Shown: positions 20,406 through 53,855 of the stretch, piece after piece
Layout of the letters: each line of letters begins with the position of its first letter
Position numbering within the stretch: the first letter of the stretch is position 1
Origin: the human T2T-CHM13v2.0 reference genome, Homo sapiens
Assembly: GCF_009914755.1 (NCBI RefSeq)
Contig: NC_060926.1
Direction: 5' to 3' (one strand)
DNA length: 64,000 nt
Notes under the pieces: generated by a model
What the model was told of the DNA's origin: nothing
Database searches by the model: none
Seen by the model: only the letters and a program-made list of their open reading frames with translations
Program-made: the position numbers and the translations under genes

Positions 20406-20739
20406 AATGTGGACAAAAGAGAGTTGCTTATTGTGAATGTCTGTCTGGCCAAGAAGCCCCTCAGATGTGCAGGGAAGGCATTCCCTACCTTTCTCCTGGA
20501 GGTAGCTGGGGATGACCTCTCCTTCTCATTCCTGAAGACTGTCTCGCTGCCAGAACCACCCATATTCTGCTCCTCCTCACCCAAAATTTTCCTGCTGTAA
20601 GTTGACAATCCTTGCCATCAAGTTACATCCGCTGCCCCACCCCATCGCCACTCACTTTTTCTCACAACAGAGTCCCAGAGCTAGTCCACCTAACTAGCCC
20701 AGCATCTCTAAATCACACTGCCTGGGTATTCCAGCCAGG

Positions 20740-20900
20740 GCTTTAGAATTGGACTGACCTGGTGCCTAAAGACAAGTCAAAGCCTCTGAGTCTTGATTCA
20801 TTCCCACATCTATAAAAGGGAAACTACTTACTTCACAGGATTTTCTGAGGGATTAATTGTGATCATGTCAGTAAAAATTCCCAGCACATGGTACACTTAT
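20740..20900 (+). mobile_element. MIR fragment
   Basis: cacatctataaaagggaaact...cttcacaggattttctgagggattaa. Confidence 0.6.
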
Positions 20901-21341
20901 GAACCTCCAGCCAGGAACCTTTCTGACAAAGGAGCAATGCCTGTCACCTGGGCATGGGGACATTGGATCTCCCAGCCAAGCTGGGCTCTGTCTTAATAGG
21001 AATGTCACTACTAGAAGTACCTAAATGTTCTTAGAGCTTGGGATCACTCAATCACATTCTCTGGGTGGTTTGTTAAAACCTGGACTGGACTATGAGGAGC
21101 GAGAGCAACCTTTTTTTAGCAACAATAAAGTCATTCTTTGAGGTGACTGCACCGTTAAAACACACAGGGGCAAAACAGAAAAATGCTGTGCTCATTGCTG
21201 AGCAGGTTGCCCTGAAAAGTAGAGAATGAAAAATAGGAATAACGGTGGGCATGGGGACCCTGGGTTCTAGGGTGCTCTTGTGCAGGAAGGAGAGGGGACA
21301 AAAAGAGTAGGCTCTTGCACAGTATGAAGGCTTTCGAGTAA

Positions 21342-21708
<367 letters not shown>

Positions 21709-22955
21709 ATAATTTAACCTTTCTAGATCACAACTTCCTCAATCGCAAAGTGAGATTAAAAGTAATTGTATCTTTTTTAAAAAAAGTTCCCAGCACAATA
21801 TATTTACTCCCTTTCTTCCTTCTGCCTTCACATTCCCTATCCTTTGGTTTGGGAGCCAGCTCCTTCCTGGCAACCAAACCCCAAGATGTCATGAACTGTG
21901 CTCAGCCCACCATGCCCTGCCCCCACTCCCCCCCGCCCCCCAAGGATTCAAAGGTATCAGAGCATCCCTTGCCCTCTATGCTGCCAGCCCAGCCTTTGTC
22001 TCCCATATAGGGTCCAGGTCTGTCTGTAAATTGGAACTAGACTTGTCTTCACGTCTATTGCTCAGGGTAGTAGAAAACACTGAGAGATGTTTTCTGCCAT
22101 GCCAAATAGGAATCCTCAATAAATATTCCCCATAAACTCTGTTATAATTGGTGGCTAGAGTCCATATTGCCATGGACACTCTTCTATAGTTACATTAAGG
22201 ACTAAATTGATTTTGCAGACTGATCTGAGAGTTTAACCACCATTTGTACCACAGTCTCTGTGGGAAAATATATTCCATGTTCCGAACAATTGACCCTTTG
22301 GAGTTGGTCCAGTTCCTGAGCTGGGGACGGCATGTACAATATTATGTTACATTTTGGGTTTTATTTGTATGTCTTAGAATCAGAGACTTGTTTGAGCTAG
22401 AAGAAGCTTTGGAAATCATTTATTAATGGGCACATTTTGTAGGTAATGAATCCAAGGTTCAGAAAGATTGAATTGTCTAAGGTTATTCAGCTGCTTTGTT
22501 CTCCCACCTCCAAGCCAATGCTTTTCCCACTATCCAAGTCATTTTGTGGTCATTTTCCCACATAGTCATTAAACAACTTGAAAGTTGGGAAGTCATGCCT
22601 TCTTCAACACAGACTCAAACTCACTAAGTGTTTCATAAATACTTAATTGGTTCATTATTCTTTTTGCTTCAGAGGTCTATTCACTGTAAGGTTTTCTTAA
22701 ATAACAAGTACCATAGAGCATTTCAATTAAGAACTTATTATGATAGACTGGATTTGGTTTAAATCAAGATTTAAATAATAATTAATAAATATTCTATTTA
22801 ACCAGTGTTTCCTATATAAAAGACCTATTGGTGTTGGATGTAACTCTGATGAATATATTTCACAGCTCACAAATAGTTTGGCTTTAGTTTTAACAGACAT
22901 ATGCTATTAATTTTAATGTGGTCTTATATATTATGAGAAGCTACTCATTTTATAA

Positions 22956-23318
<363 letters not shown>

Positions 23319-26149
23319 TTAAGCCATTTAGCGGTAAACCTCCAACTGAAAAGGTGAATTATATGTGATTTGGATATACTACAGGAGAAACAGAGCAACA
23401 AGAAACAAAACATTTACAGTACACTGTTTCATTTGAAACAAATATTCACATATTGTATACTTTCCCTCATCAAACAGTTATTTCCTGGTATCCATTTCAG
23501 TGAGCAGGATGGGGGGAGGGGGGAGCAATAAAAGAGAAACATTCTTACCTGTGTAGATGACTTGCTTTTATTGTAACAAAGGCAACTGGCCCTGTAATCT
23601 AATTACAAGAAAAAAAGGCCACAGATAAACTCTTCAACAATTAAATAGTCATTACTTGTGGTAGCTGTTCACCTAGCTTTAATTGCCTTATAGTTAACAG
23701 TTCTAAATAGCCAGTTAACTCCTTCAATTACTAGACATTTATTTTTCAATCACTTTATCTTGAAAGATACGGATGTACTATGGAGTTAGCTTAAGACAAA
23801 CTGAGAGAGAGAGAAGAGAGAGTTGGTTGGGGCCACCGGGGAGGTTACTGACCAAGGGCAGGGAAGGAGGCATTTATTTATATTTGCCTTATAATTCTGG
23901 GGGACTAAACTGGCTGAGGACATGCCTTATGGCTTAGCTATAATTTTGGCTATTCTCATATGTATAATGAAATGAAACCAAAACTAAATCTTAAGAACAA
24001 ATCTTGGCCCTGCCTGGCTGTACCACCTAGGCCTGGCTCTGTATTGAGAGAGGTGGCCTCCTAATGATGCATATATGTCCTTGTCTGGTTTTCCAATTTT
24101 CTTGAATTGAGCTGACTATAAAAGCTTAATGCATGCGATATAAAGAATGGCTGACCTCCAGATACAACTAGTAAAATTTCAACTTACCACTACTTAAGAC
24201 TTATTAAACACTTGATTGAGAAGAATCATATTTATGGAAGGACAGCCCAATGAATGTTGATTCATTCATTTAAAAGTCATCTTGGATTAAGCCAGAGCAG
24301 CAAAAAACTATATATCACCCCCTCCACATTTTGCTACCTAAACTTACTCACTTTCACACCAGATTGGCTACTGGCTAATACTGACAGGCATATAAGAAAA
24401 ACATCCCTATGAAAGTCTTTGCTGCGTTTACTAACCGGAGTCACCAGGCTGCTGTTTACTGTGTTCCGAAATGCCTTCTCTAAGGACAATCCATAGAGAC
24501 AGCTCTCTGGTCTCAATTCAGAGATGGTTGGGTTCCTCTGAGCACTGGTTTGCCTTTATCTGATAGGCACAGACATTATCTATTAGTAAAAATAAAATAA
24601 TAATTTTATTAAGACCCCTAAATCATGATGCCCAAACCCCTTGCAATCAGGAAGTCTAGATAAATAACAGGAGTTTCCCTTCATAGAGATTTCTGGAATT
24701 ACCCAAGGATATTAACATGCATGACCCAGATGCCTCCCTAAGCCTTATGGTGTGCTGGCAAATGTTTAACAACCATTATTCAGAAATAAGACAGGAAAAC
24801 TGCCATCTATGACTGGTAAGATTATAGGTGATTTTTGTATTTTTTTTCTTCATTTTCCCAACTTCCTTCAGGAAACACATTTTACTCTGAAGGGGGTGAG
24901 GGTGGTGGCTAATACTTGGGATTATGGTGAGCTGCCCTAGAAACTATCGGGTTATTAAGTAACACTTAATATATGTACCAGTTTCACTTCAAAATCTGAA
25001 GCATTCTGAACTCTTAATTATTTTGGAGGGATATCCCACAGAAAAGTTGGCTGAGGCCCTAGTGATAAAGCTCTTTCTTACAGTGGCCCATTCCTGCCCA
25101 AGACTCCAGGCACTGGAAAACCTGGTGGGGGTGGAGAAGGTAACATCAGCAGGCAAGTACTCGGAACCACTCTCCTATCTCCTACCTCTTCTTCTCACGA
25201 CCTCCAAAACTCTGCTGAGACCGGCCTCCCTCTGCCTCACTTGTGGTGATTTTCTCTCGGATGCTCACTTTCTCTCTGTGCAATCTTTCCTTTGGGTGTC
25301 CCTTGTCTTTAAACATGTCTGCGTATACTTGAACTCTAATTGTGGACAGGGTTCAAAGTTCTTTTTCATGGGATTCATGGGCCCCATGAAAATTAGAGGC
25401 TAAGTAGGCATCTAAGTAGGAGCATTTACGTGCTCCCAGGCATTCTGTTACACTTAAAGAGGCTCATGGAAGAGATTTGGGCAAGTGGTATAACTCTACA
25501 AGCTGCTATATTCAAGTCCTAGTTCCAGCTTAGCCAAAACACCTACTCCGATTGCAACTGATCTTTTTCTTGGTTGCTAGAAAACTGAGAGTCATATGTG
25601 TAGCCTACCTCCAGCAAACCAATAGGACCTTACACCATGCATTTTGCATACAAAACTGCTGGCTTAATCTTATCTTTCACACTCACGGTTTTCTTTTGTC
25701 CTATTTTTCTCTGTACTTATTTTTAATTTACCCTGATGTACACATTTATGTAAACTACGTTAAATCCTTTCCTCTGGAATAAAGTAGGGTGTAAATAAAT
25801 TTAACAAAACAACAAAGAGTGATGATGAGCCAGGTCTTCACTCCTGAAGGCCTCAAAACGAACTGGCAGTGATCTGTGAAAACTACAGAGAACTGCCCGT
25901 TCATCTCCACAGATTACTGAAGTCTGTGAAAACTACTCCAGCCAGGACCACCATTATAGCCTGCTGCCTGTTGTGTTCACAATCGATGCACAAACTCAAC
26001 CCTGAAATGGAGAGAAAAATAGGGGGAAAAAGACATTAGGAAATCCTAGCTCTATGTCATCTGGACATTAGAAAGCACTTGGTTGGACAAAGCTTTTTCT
26101 CCCCCACAGCACATGCCTGTTTCAGCATCTCAGCCCACATTCACGGAGA

Positions 26150-26395
26150 GGGAGAATATAGCAATTGTTAAGAATGCAGACTCTAGCACTGCATGCTCTG
26201 CTGTTTATTTGTGTTATTTGGGCTAGGTTTTTTAACCGTCTGTGCCTCGGTGAATCCCATCTACAAAGTAGAGATAATAATAGTACCTACCTCACAGGGC
26301 AGTTGTAAGGATTAAATGAGGTAACCCGGGTGTAACATTTAAAACAGTGGCAGAGTACATACAGGGATCTGAACAAATGTTAGCTACTATTAGTG
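26150..26395 (+). mobile_element. MIR
   Basis: gataataatagtacctacctcacagggcagttgtaaggattaaatgag MIR core. Confidence 0.8.
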
Positions 26396-26939
26396 ATATG
26401 TGAGTGGGGGAAGCACACTGCCTTGGACTTGAGGCAATATCAAGTCTGAGTTTCTGGAAAAACACTTGTGGAATAAGTAAGGGCTGGCCACCTCCTAAAA
26501 CCGGACAAAAGATCTGGCTTGCCTAGATCCTTAGCGTGACTGCTTCTCCTCCTGCCTTTCTAGAGGCAGTATTACGTGATGGAAATACTTGGTGGGTGCT
26601 GTGGGCACAAAGATAAGTTAATGTGTTTTTATCCCCTAGGAGCTGAGTCGAGAGTAGGAGAAAAATGCATAAATAATTACCAGGTAGGATGATTAAGCAA
26701 TATACTGGAGGCAGCAACAGAAACACACCGTGGAAAAAAAATACCCACGGCGTGGATGAAGATATGAGATGTGTGAAAGCGCTAGACACAGGCAGCCACC
26801 TGCACCCATGTAAAATTGGATTATTGCTGACTCCTACAAGGCCCACTTTAACGCTTCTTTCAACCAGAATCCCTGCAGAACTAATTTTTTAGAACCGCCG
26901 GGGATAAAGACCTTTATTTGCAATGTCGAACTCCAGCAG

Positions 26940-28190
26940 AGTAACCCCTTTTGCTTTCCACACGCGCAAACCCGGGTCCCAAACGCTGCAGTTCGCGTTT
27001 CCCGGCTAACGGAAGAAACACGAGGAACTGTTTGCAGATCTAGGGGATGAAGCCAAAAAACGGAAAGCGAGGCCGAAAGGGCGCAACCACCACGTCTGGA
27101 GGAGGCCAGTGAAGTAGAGAAAGGGGAAGGTCAGCCCTGCCCCAGCGCGCTCTGCGTAACCGGGACTTCCTCCGCGCGGCAAAGCCGGGGAACCTCCCTG
27201 GCGCCTGCGCCACCGCGGCGAGACTCGGCGCCGTGGACGTGGAGAGAGGGCGACGCACCTGCGCGAAGACGGCAGCGGGAGAAGCCGCTCCAGTGCGGTT
27301 GCGCGGCGGCCCAGGCGTCGAGGGGAGCCTCGGCGGGGAGCGCACCGCGCGCCTGCGCGGAGAGCTGCGTGACGCGGCGGCGCGCAAGGGACGTGCGGAG
27401 TGAGTGGCGCTGCGGGTGGGGCCGTCGGCGGCGCTGGTGAGCTTTGCGGAGCTGGGCGGTGCCGAGGAGGAGGAGGTGGCGGCCTGGGTCTGACGCGGCC
27501 CTGTTCGAGGGGGCCTCTCTTGTTTATTTATTTATTTTCCGTGGGTGCCTCCGAGTGTGCGCGCGCTCTCGCTACCCGGCGGGGAGGGGGTGGGGGGAGG
27601 GCCCGGGAAAAGGGGGAGTTGGAGCCGGGGTCGAAACGCCGCGTGACTTGTAGGTGAGAGAACGCCGAGCCGTCGCCGCAGCCTCCGCCGCCGAGAAGCC
27701 CTTGTTCCCGCTGCTGGGAAGGAGAGTCTGTGCCGACAAGATGGCGGACGGGGAGCTGAACGTGGACAGCCTCATCACCCGGCTGCTGGAGGGTGAGTGC
27801 GCGCCTGGCCGCGGGACAGAGGGAGGTCGGGCACCGCCGCCGACCCCTGCGTCCCCCTCTGCCGCCGGAACGCGAGGGGACCCCTTTCCCGCCCCGAGAC
27901 GAGTCTCTGGGAGCGCGGCGCGGCGGACGAACCGAGGAGGGGGCGAGGAGGCTCTGGGCGCGGGGGAGCGGCCTCTGGGAGCGCGGTCAGGGGAGATCGG
28001 GGGAGAGGGGGCCGTTCCCGCGGACCCTCGGGGGCCAGGCCCGCCGGCCGAAGGCTGTGCGGAGCGGGTCTGCGGGAGACAGCCTTTCGGAAAGGCCGCC
28101 GGGCTCCGCGCGCCGTGGTGCTCGCCTCCGGTGACCCGAGGATGGGGAGAGGATGCCTGCCACTGGGCTTTGTGCGTCCGTGGAATCACT
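26940..28190. promoter_or_regulatory. PPP1CB: CpG island / TATA-less promoter and 5' UTR of PPP1CB, probably bidirectional
   Basis: Abrupt GC- and CpG-rich stretch around exon 1; NRF1-like GCGCCTGCGC at 27201-27210 and 27349-27358; CRE half-site TGACG near 27370; ETS-like cores (CGGAAG near 27010, ACTTCCT near 27165); no TATA box seen. Confidence 0.9.
27741..27792 (+). CDS. PPP1CB: PPP1CB coding exon 1 (MADGELNVDSLITRLLE+G), PP1-beta catalytic subunit
   Basis: ATG at 27741 in strong Kozak context (caagATGG); the translation is the PP1-beta N-terminus; donor G|gtgagt at 27793; 52 nt, phase 1. Confidence 0.98.
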
Positions 28191-29263
28191 GTTCTTCTCT
28201 GTTCTCTTTGTGCATTGCCCTTGGCTGCCTCCGATTGTCGTTCCGGGAGTGAATTTTACGTATATATATATAAACCTGTCCTTAACAGGACTGCTTCGTC
28301 TGCTCTGCATTTTTACACAATGCTATATAGAATGGATTCTTCTTAAAGAGAGGATAAAATTAGCGGGAATTAATCTACCGTTTGTTACTTGGCCTAAAAA
28401 AATTGTAAGACAAGATATTTGATCAGGTTGAAGATGCACGTAAGAAATGTGATGTATGTAGATGGGTTTGCTGAAGGGATTGGCTTTTGCATTTGATTTG
28501 AGCAGAGCTTAATTTCTGCACAAACTTAGTGAAAATCTATTTTTAAAGCCTGTCTTGTATTCGAAAGGTATTTGTAGGTCTACGCAGCATTTGAACTTTC
28601 CGGGCTCAAGTGTTCTTATTGAATAGTTTTATGTTGGTGGGAAGGCAAGGGGGGAAAACGAAGAGGTGGACTAGCCGGGAGTTAAATGTATTGATTCATT
28701 GCAGGATATTATTCAAAGTTAAATGCAGTCTTCTGCCAAACAGTCCCTCTACCCTAAAGTTTTCGTCATCAATAATTGTTTTGTGAGTGTGTAGAAAAGC
28801 CTTTAATCCTTTTTAAACAATTTAGAGGCCTCCTTTGTTAGCCGCCGTCCAGCGATTGCATATGTACTGTTTGCTTTCAAATTACCTTAAGATAATTGCT
28901 AGAGTGAAGCAGTATGTACTTATATTTGGAAAATCATCAAAGAATATTGTAATGGGGGAGGGGTAATTCCTTTTTCTCAAAGTATGTGTCGGTATCTCAA
29001 ACCCAAGTTCTGTGAGTACCTGTTCTGTAACTAAATACTGTGTATTTGCTCCAGATGTGAAAGCCATCCAGCAGTCTTAAGACTGAATAGGAAGCAAAAG
29101 TTTTACCAGGAACTCTTATTTACCTTTTCCTTTACTATCAAGTTATTCCTGGGGGGCCCCCTGGTGCCTGCAGTCAGTGTTCACTACCTAAGACTTTGTT
29201 TCAGATGTGAACATCTTGCTGGGTCTTTGAGAAATTTGCTTTGAAAATAATTGTATTTTGTAA

Positions 29264-33895
<4,632 letters not shown>

Positions 33896-34639
33896 CCATT
33901 TTCAAACATTTCTAACAGGTAAAGTAATACAGGTATGAAGGAATGTTAAGATTCTTAGAAATACTGACTTAAATTCTGTTATGTATTTCTGAAAGGTTAT
34001 TCTCGAATGTTGGTGGCATATAGGGAGGCAAGGGGAAGAAATAGTTTGTAAATGTCAGTAGGTTTAGCAGTGGTGTGGTAGATGGGGATTCCCAGTGGAG
34101 TCTTCTAGGATTTGTGATTGGATACAGATTGATACCCTTAGGCAGCAGCCACTGCTTCTAGCAGCTTTAAATAGCCATTTCAAGGCTTATTCAAGTATAA
34201 ATAACCAGTAGCCAGTTTTTTCCTGATTTGATAGAGGAAGTCAGTCCTTGGTCTAGATGGGTACTTGTCATACAGTAGGAAAAAGGGCGGGGGCAGTTGT
34301 CCTTTATTCTGCCTCTGCACTATTCACATGTGGAGCACAGTGATTTGTGAGAGTATGTATAACCTTCGTGAACATCACTGGCCTCAGAACCCTCCCTTGC
34401 CAAATTTACCTGCATCTGTGCAAAGACAAGTGGAGATATTGATGATATGTGCATATCCCAGAGGGAATAGCGTTTGCTTTTTGATGCATGCCCACCCTTG
34501 CATAATTGGGAGGTTTTAACATAGCATATTTCACCATAAAGGAATTTTATTCTAAGAATGTTAATCAGAATATCCCTAAGTAACAGAAGTTCCCATCTGG
34601 TCAGTTGCAAGGTGACCAAAACACTTTCTTGGTTTGAGT

Positions 34640-36219
<1,580 letters not shown>

Positions 36220-36464
36220 GACTTGTCTGACACCATTTTAACCTTCCCCCTAGTCCTACCTCTCATTCTCAAGATTTGGAGAAATCAGAATCTAAGTTTT
36301 CATAATAAAAGGTTAGGTATATTGGGTGTTACATAGCTTTCACTAATGTCATATCTAGCAGTTGTAATCACGTATTTTAAAACTTTAAATAGTAAATTAA
36401 GAAGGAATCTTTATAGGTACTTGTATGTTTCCTCAATGTGGTTTGAATTGAGCGTTTTATTTAA

Positions 36465-36797
<333 letters not shown>

Positions 36798-37459
36798 GAG
36801 ACCAGACTTCTGAGGGGGAGAAACTTGCAAACCTGTCAGTGAGAAAGAGTGAGGTCTGATTTTAGATGACAGAAAGGAATAGCTTTTGTGAATTTCGGAC
36901 TCCCAACTACTAGAATTATGTGAATCCTGAATGATAATCAGATGTTTACTCAGTTAAGTGTTTACTCAAATATTAATAAGTATTGATACATTGGGATGCC
37001 ATCTTATATAATGATTAACGACACAGATTCTGGGTGTATTTCAGCCCCAGTTTCTTCTGCATATATGATAGTAAGTGCCTTCAAACAATTCTTGACACAT
37101 TAAAGGTCAGAAAATGTTAGCCGTCATTATTGCTTAGTACAAACCTGAGCTAGGAAATACTAACAGAGAGCTCTTTGTGCCACTGAGTCCTGGAACTTCC
37201 CCATACTAATTTTGAGAAGGCTTTCTTGTAAGTATGTGACAGATACTGTTTCCTCCACTTTCTGTTTATTGCATATAACCACTATTCTTGTATGTAAGTA
37301 CGTATAACAGTTTCTTTACTATTCCCATTATTCAGCGTTTATAATCTGGTTTGACATATCAGTGTTGGTGCTGAGAGGGAAAGGTATTTCTAGGTAGGAT
37401 AAAATGGTGAAAAGTGATTTAACACTGTTGTATGCTTGCTTTTGGCCAGGAACTATAGG

Positions 37460-39100
<1,641 letters not shown>

Positions 39101-39167
39101 ATATCTGTCACTTTTCTTCTTCACTCTTTTCTCATTATACTTGCTATTTGTTTACCAATGTACCTGA

Positions 39168-42707
<3,540 letters not shown>

Positions 42708-43199
42708 AAGACATACATAGTTCTTCAGCTTTTCCAATCAGATACAATTTAATTAACCCACCATTGATAAATGACTTAACTTGGCTAACAAATGGGCCAC
42801 TTGGAAACTTGAGTTGCAGACTCATTTTTATTTTTGTGAAGAAATTCTGCTGTGATGAGATTTCATTTTAATTTTTTAAAAAGTTCCCTTACCATTGCTT
42901 TACTATGAATTGGGAATGCTGTGGTGAGTGCTCCATCTGGTAACATCAGTATATGTTGTGGTTTTTTTTTTAGCACAGCTACATAATGACTACAATGCCT
43001 TAGCACCCAATTAAATAACATAATCCACACTTTATTGTGTCTTAAAAACACAACATTCAAAGTTCACTTTTTTTGCTTTGACATGATGAGTATGCACTGG
43101 TAGTAAAAGTAAATAAAATGTTGCAGTACAGCAATAATCGTGACACCCATGACGCTGCCAGGTTGTAACTGCATCTGTATAATTTGTGATGCACCGAAA

Positions 43200-43490
43200 A
43201 GCAGTGTGAAGTGATGAGAGTACCATATGTAGTCCATCACAACTGCTCAGCTCTGCCATTGTAGCATGAATGTGTCCAGTGATAAATAAGTGGCTATGCT
43301 TCATTAAACTTTATGGCCACCAAAATTTGAGTTTCATATAATTTTTATATGTCACAGAGGATTCTTTTGTTTTGCTTTTTTGCAATCATTTAAAAAATGT
43401 AAAAAATTATTCTTAGGCCCCTAGCCATGCAAACACTGGCATTGGGCTAGATTTGACCCCTTGGCCTTAGTTTGCTGAATACTGGTGTAG
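43200..43490. mobile_element. MER58-like hAT MITE
   Basis: caactgctcagctctgccattgtagca...taaactttat...tagtttgctga. Confidence 0.65.
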
Positions 43491-44049
43491 TTTTTCTGCC
43501 TTTCCTAATGTAAACATGATTGTAGAAAGATAACCTTACTGGAAGTCAGGAAACCTTGGTGCTCCCACCAAAGTTGTGTGACTGATTAAGTCAGGTGAAA
43601 TAAATTGGGATTAGGAGCCATGGTGTCTAGTCCTTGACAAGTCATTCCTCAATTTTTTTAATGTAATCACCTGAATTTCTAGTGTATGCATAATCACATT
43701 TTGTGTGCCTCTCGGCAGCCATTCCATTGTTGAAGAGGCAGCCAACACAGAAAATTGTTGAGGGGTTTTGATCTTTGACAAGGGAAGCGTATAGTGTGAG
43801 CTCACCAGTCACCCTGGCTTTTTTCCCTGGAGACATTTCCTAGTTTGTGGCATAGGGGAAATAGATCCCAAATAAAAAGTGACGGTCTCACTGGGCTAAG
43901 GAAGAAAGGTGGAAGTTTGGGGCCACTAAAGCAATTGAAGCTTAAGTCCAGGAGAGGAGAGAACCACATAAAATCTAACCTCAAAATCTGCAGTCAGGTC
44001 CCTCTAAAGTCATTGACTGACTTCAGAGGTACACATAAGCAAGAGAAGA

Positions 44050-48830
<4,781 letters not shown>

Positions 48831-48914
48831 GATATTTGCTATCATGGGATTTTATCTGGTCTGAAATTACTACATGCTGAAAATTTCTAGGAAATTTTTG
48901 ATCCAAAAATTTTA

Positions 48915-49150
48915 TGTGGTGAAGTGGAAAAAGTACTGGCCTTTAAGTTAGAAGACTAAGTCTGAATCCCTCTCTGCTGCTTCTCACTCCTATCAGTCTT
49001 ATAAAACCTGGGCACTGTGATCTTATGCAAGTTATTGAATCTCTGTCATTGTACAGTGGAAAGAATAGCTTCTCTTTTCAGTTCCTGGGGTGTGAAAAGG
49101 ATTAAATGAAATGATTGATGTGAAGGTGCTTTGCACCTAATGAAGTATGC
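48915..49150 (+). mobile_element. MIR fragment
   Basis: tgtgatcttatgcaagttattgaatctctg...aggattaaatgaaat. Confidence 0.6.
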
Positions 49151-50032
49151 TGATTTATAATATTTTTATAATCCAGCAGCGTTCAGATATCCAAACACTG
49201 GAATCCCTCATGGATGCTGTGATAGCAGTCTAGTTGCCCTGTGTAACAGGTTGCCCGGATGATTTCTTCCTTTTTTCAGAAGTCTTGAGAGTACATAAAG
49301 GAGCAGGACTTTTGAATTGGAAGACAGCTGGGATTGCCCTGGGACATCTGCCTTATTCTGTCCAACCTTTGGCTAATTTATTTCTAATTTCTAAAACTCT
49401 TGTCAGAGTTTTAAACATTGGGAAAACCTTTAGCTTCTCTAACTGCATTCATCAACTCTTAAGATGTGACTGATTATTAAATGCACTTTTATGTGCCACT
49501 AAGTTGGTGGGGGGGGCTGCCAATTATAATTGTAAGAAGCTTTTAATTGCAAGAGTCTCACAACTTCAGAGATATTAGTTAAGGGAGAAATGTGCATCCT
49601 ACAGTTAGTGAAAATATAAAAAGTTTCTGTGCAGTGTGTTTTTGGTAAATTTTTAGTTTCTGTGGATTTGCTTGACTTACAAGTTGAAGCACTTTATAGT
49701 TCTGTAAAAATGTTACACAATTACTTGAGAAGTCAAAATTATACAGAGGGAATAAAATAAATACTAGGTAAAATATTCACCACTGTCATTTGAATATTTT
49801 AAATTGACATATTGAAGTGACCCACATTAGTCTTTTGACTTAGTAGTCAAGTTACAACTAAGTTTTGATAATTTACTGTTCTTCTTGTTCATTGCTGTTC
49901 TCTATAAACAACTAATACACAGTAGACTCTCAAACATTTGTTGAATGAGTTAATACAGTTTGTAAGTACTTTTAGCTGTGTGTTTGTTATCTGAAAGCAG
50001 TTTGAGACCCTTAATTCTTCCAAGGCGAATAC

Positions 50033-53603
<3,571 letters not shown>

Positions 53604-53855
53604 TAAGAGGTAGTAGTTCAGAATTTGGGGGAACTAATCAATCCCCTGTATAAACTTAAGCAAATGTAGTTACTTAGAGGTGATCTTAAAATTATTAGAA
53701 TTAAAGTATTCTTTGAAGGTGTTCTTTAAAATGTAATATAGAAATAACTTGAAGGTAATGGAAGTTATTTGTACTACATATTTCTAAAGGTTTACTATTT
53801 GTCTCCATATTTGGTGTTAAAAAGTGACGTAAGTTAAACTACCAGATAATAAAAT

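Noticed and set aside
25363-25392. 10-bp inverted repeat ttttcatggg...cccatgaaaa
   Set aside because: Short enough to arise by chance or from a transposon remnant; no supporting context.
27040-28310. Several overlapping 85-205 aa Arg/Gly/Pro/Ala-rich ORFs on both strands
   Set aside because: Expected stop-codon scarcity in a CpG island; no recognisable protein.
27654-28346. 230-aa ORF containing MADGELNVDSLITRLLE
   Set aside because: Exon 1 reading through into GC-rich intron 1; the PP1 sequence resumes at 52450 after a consensus donor.
42853-43220. gtgatga box C-like motifs in intron 1
   Set aside because: I found no appropriately spaced box D with a terminal stem; not supportable as a snoRNA.
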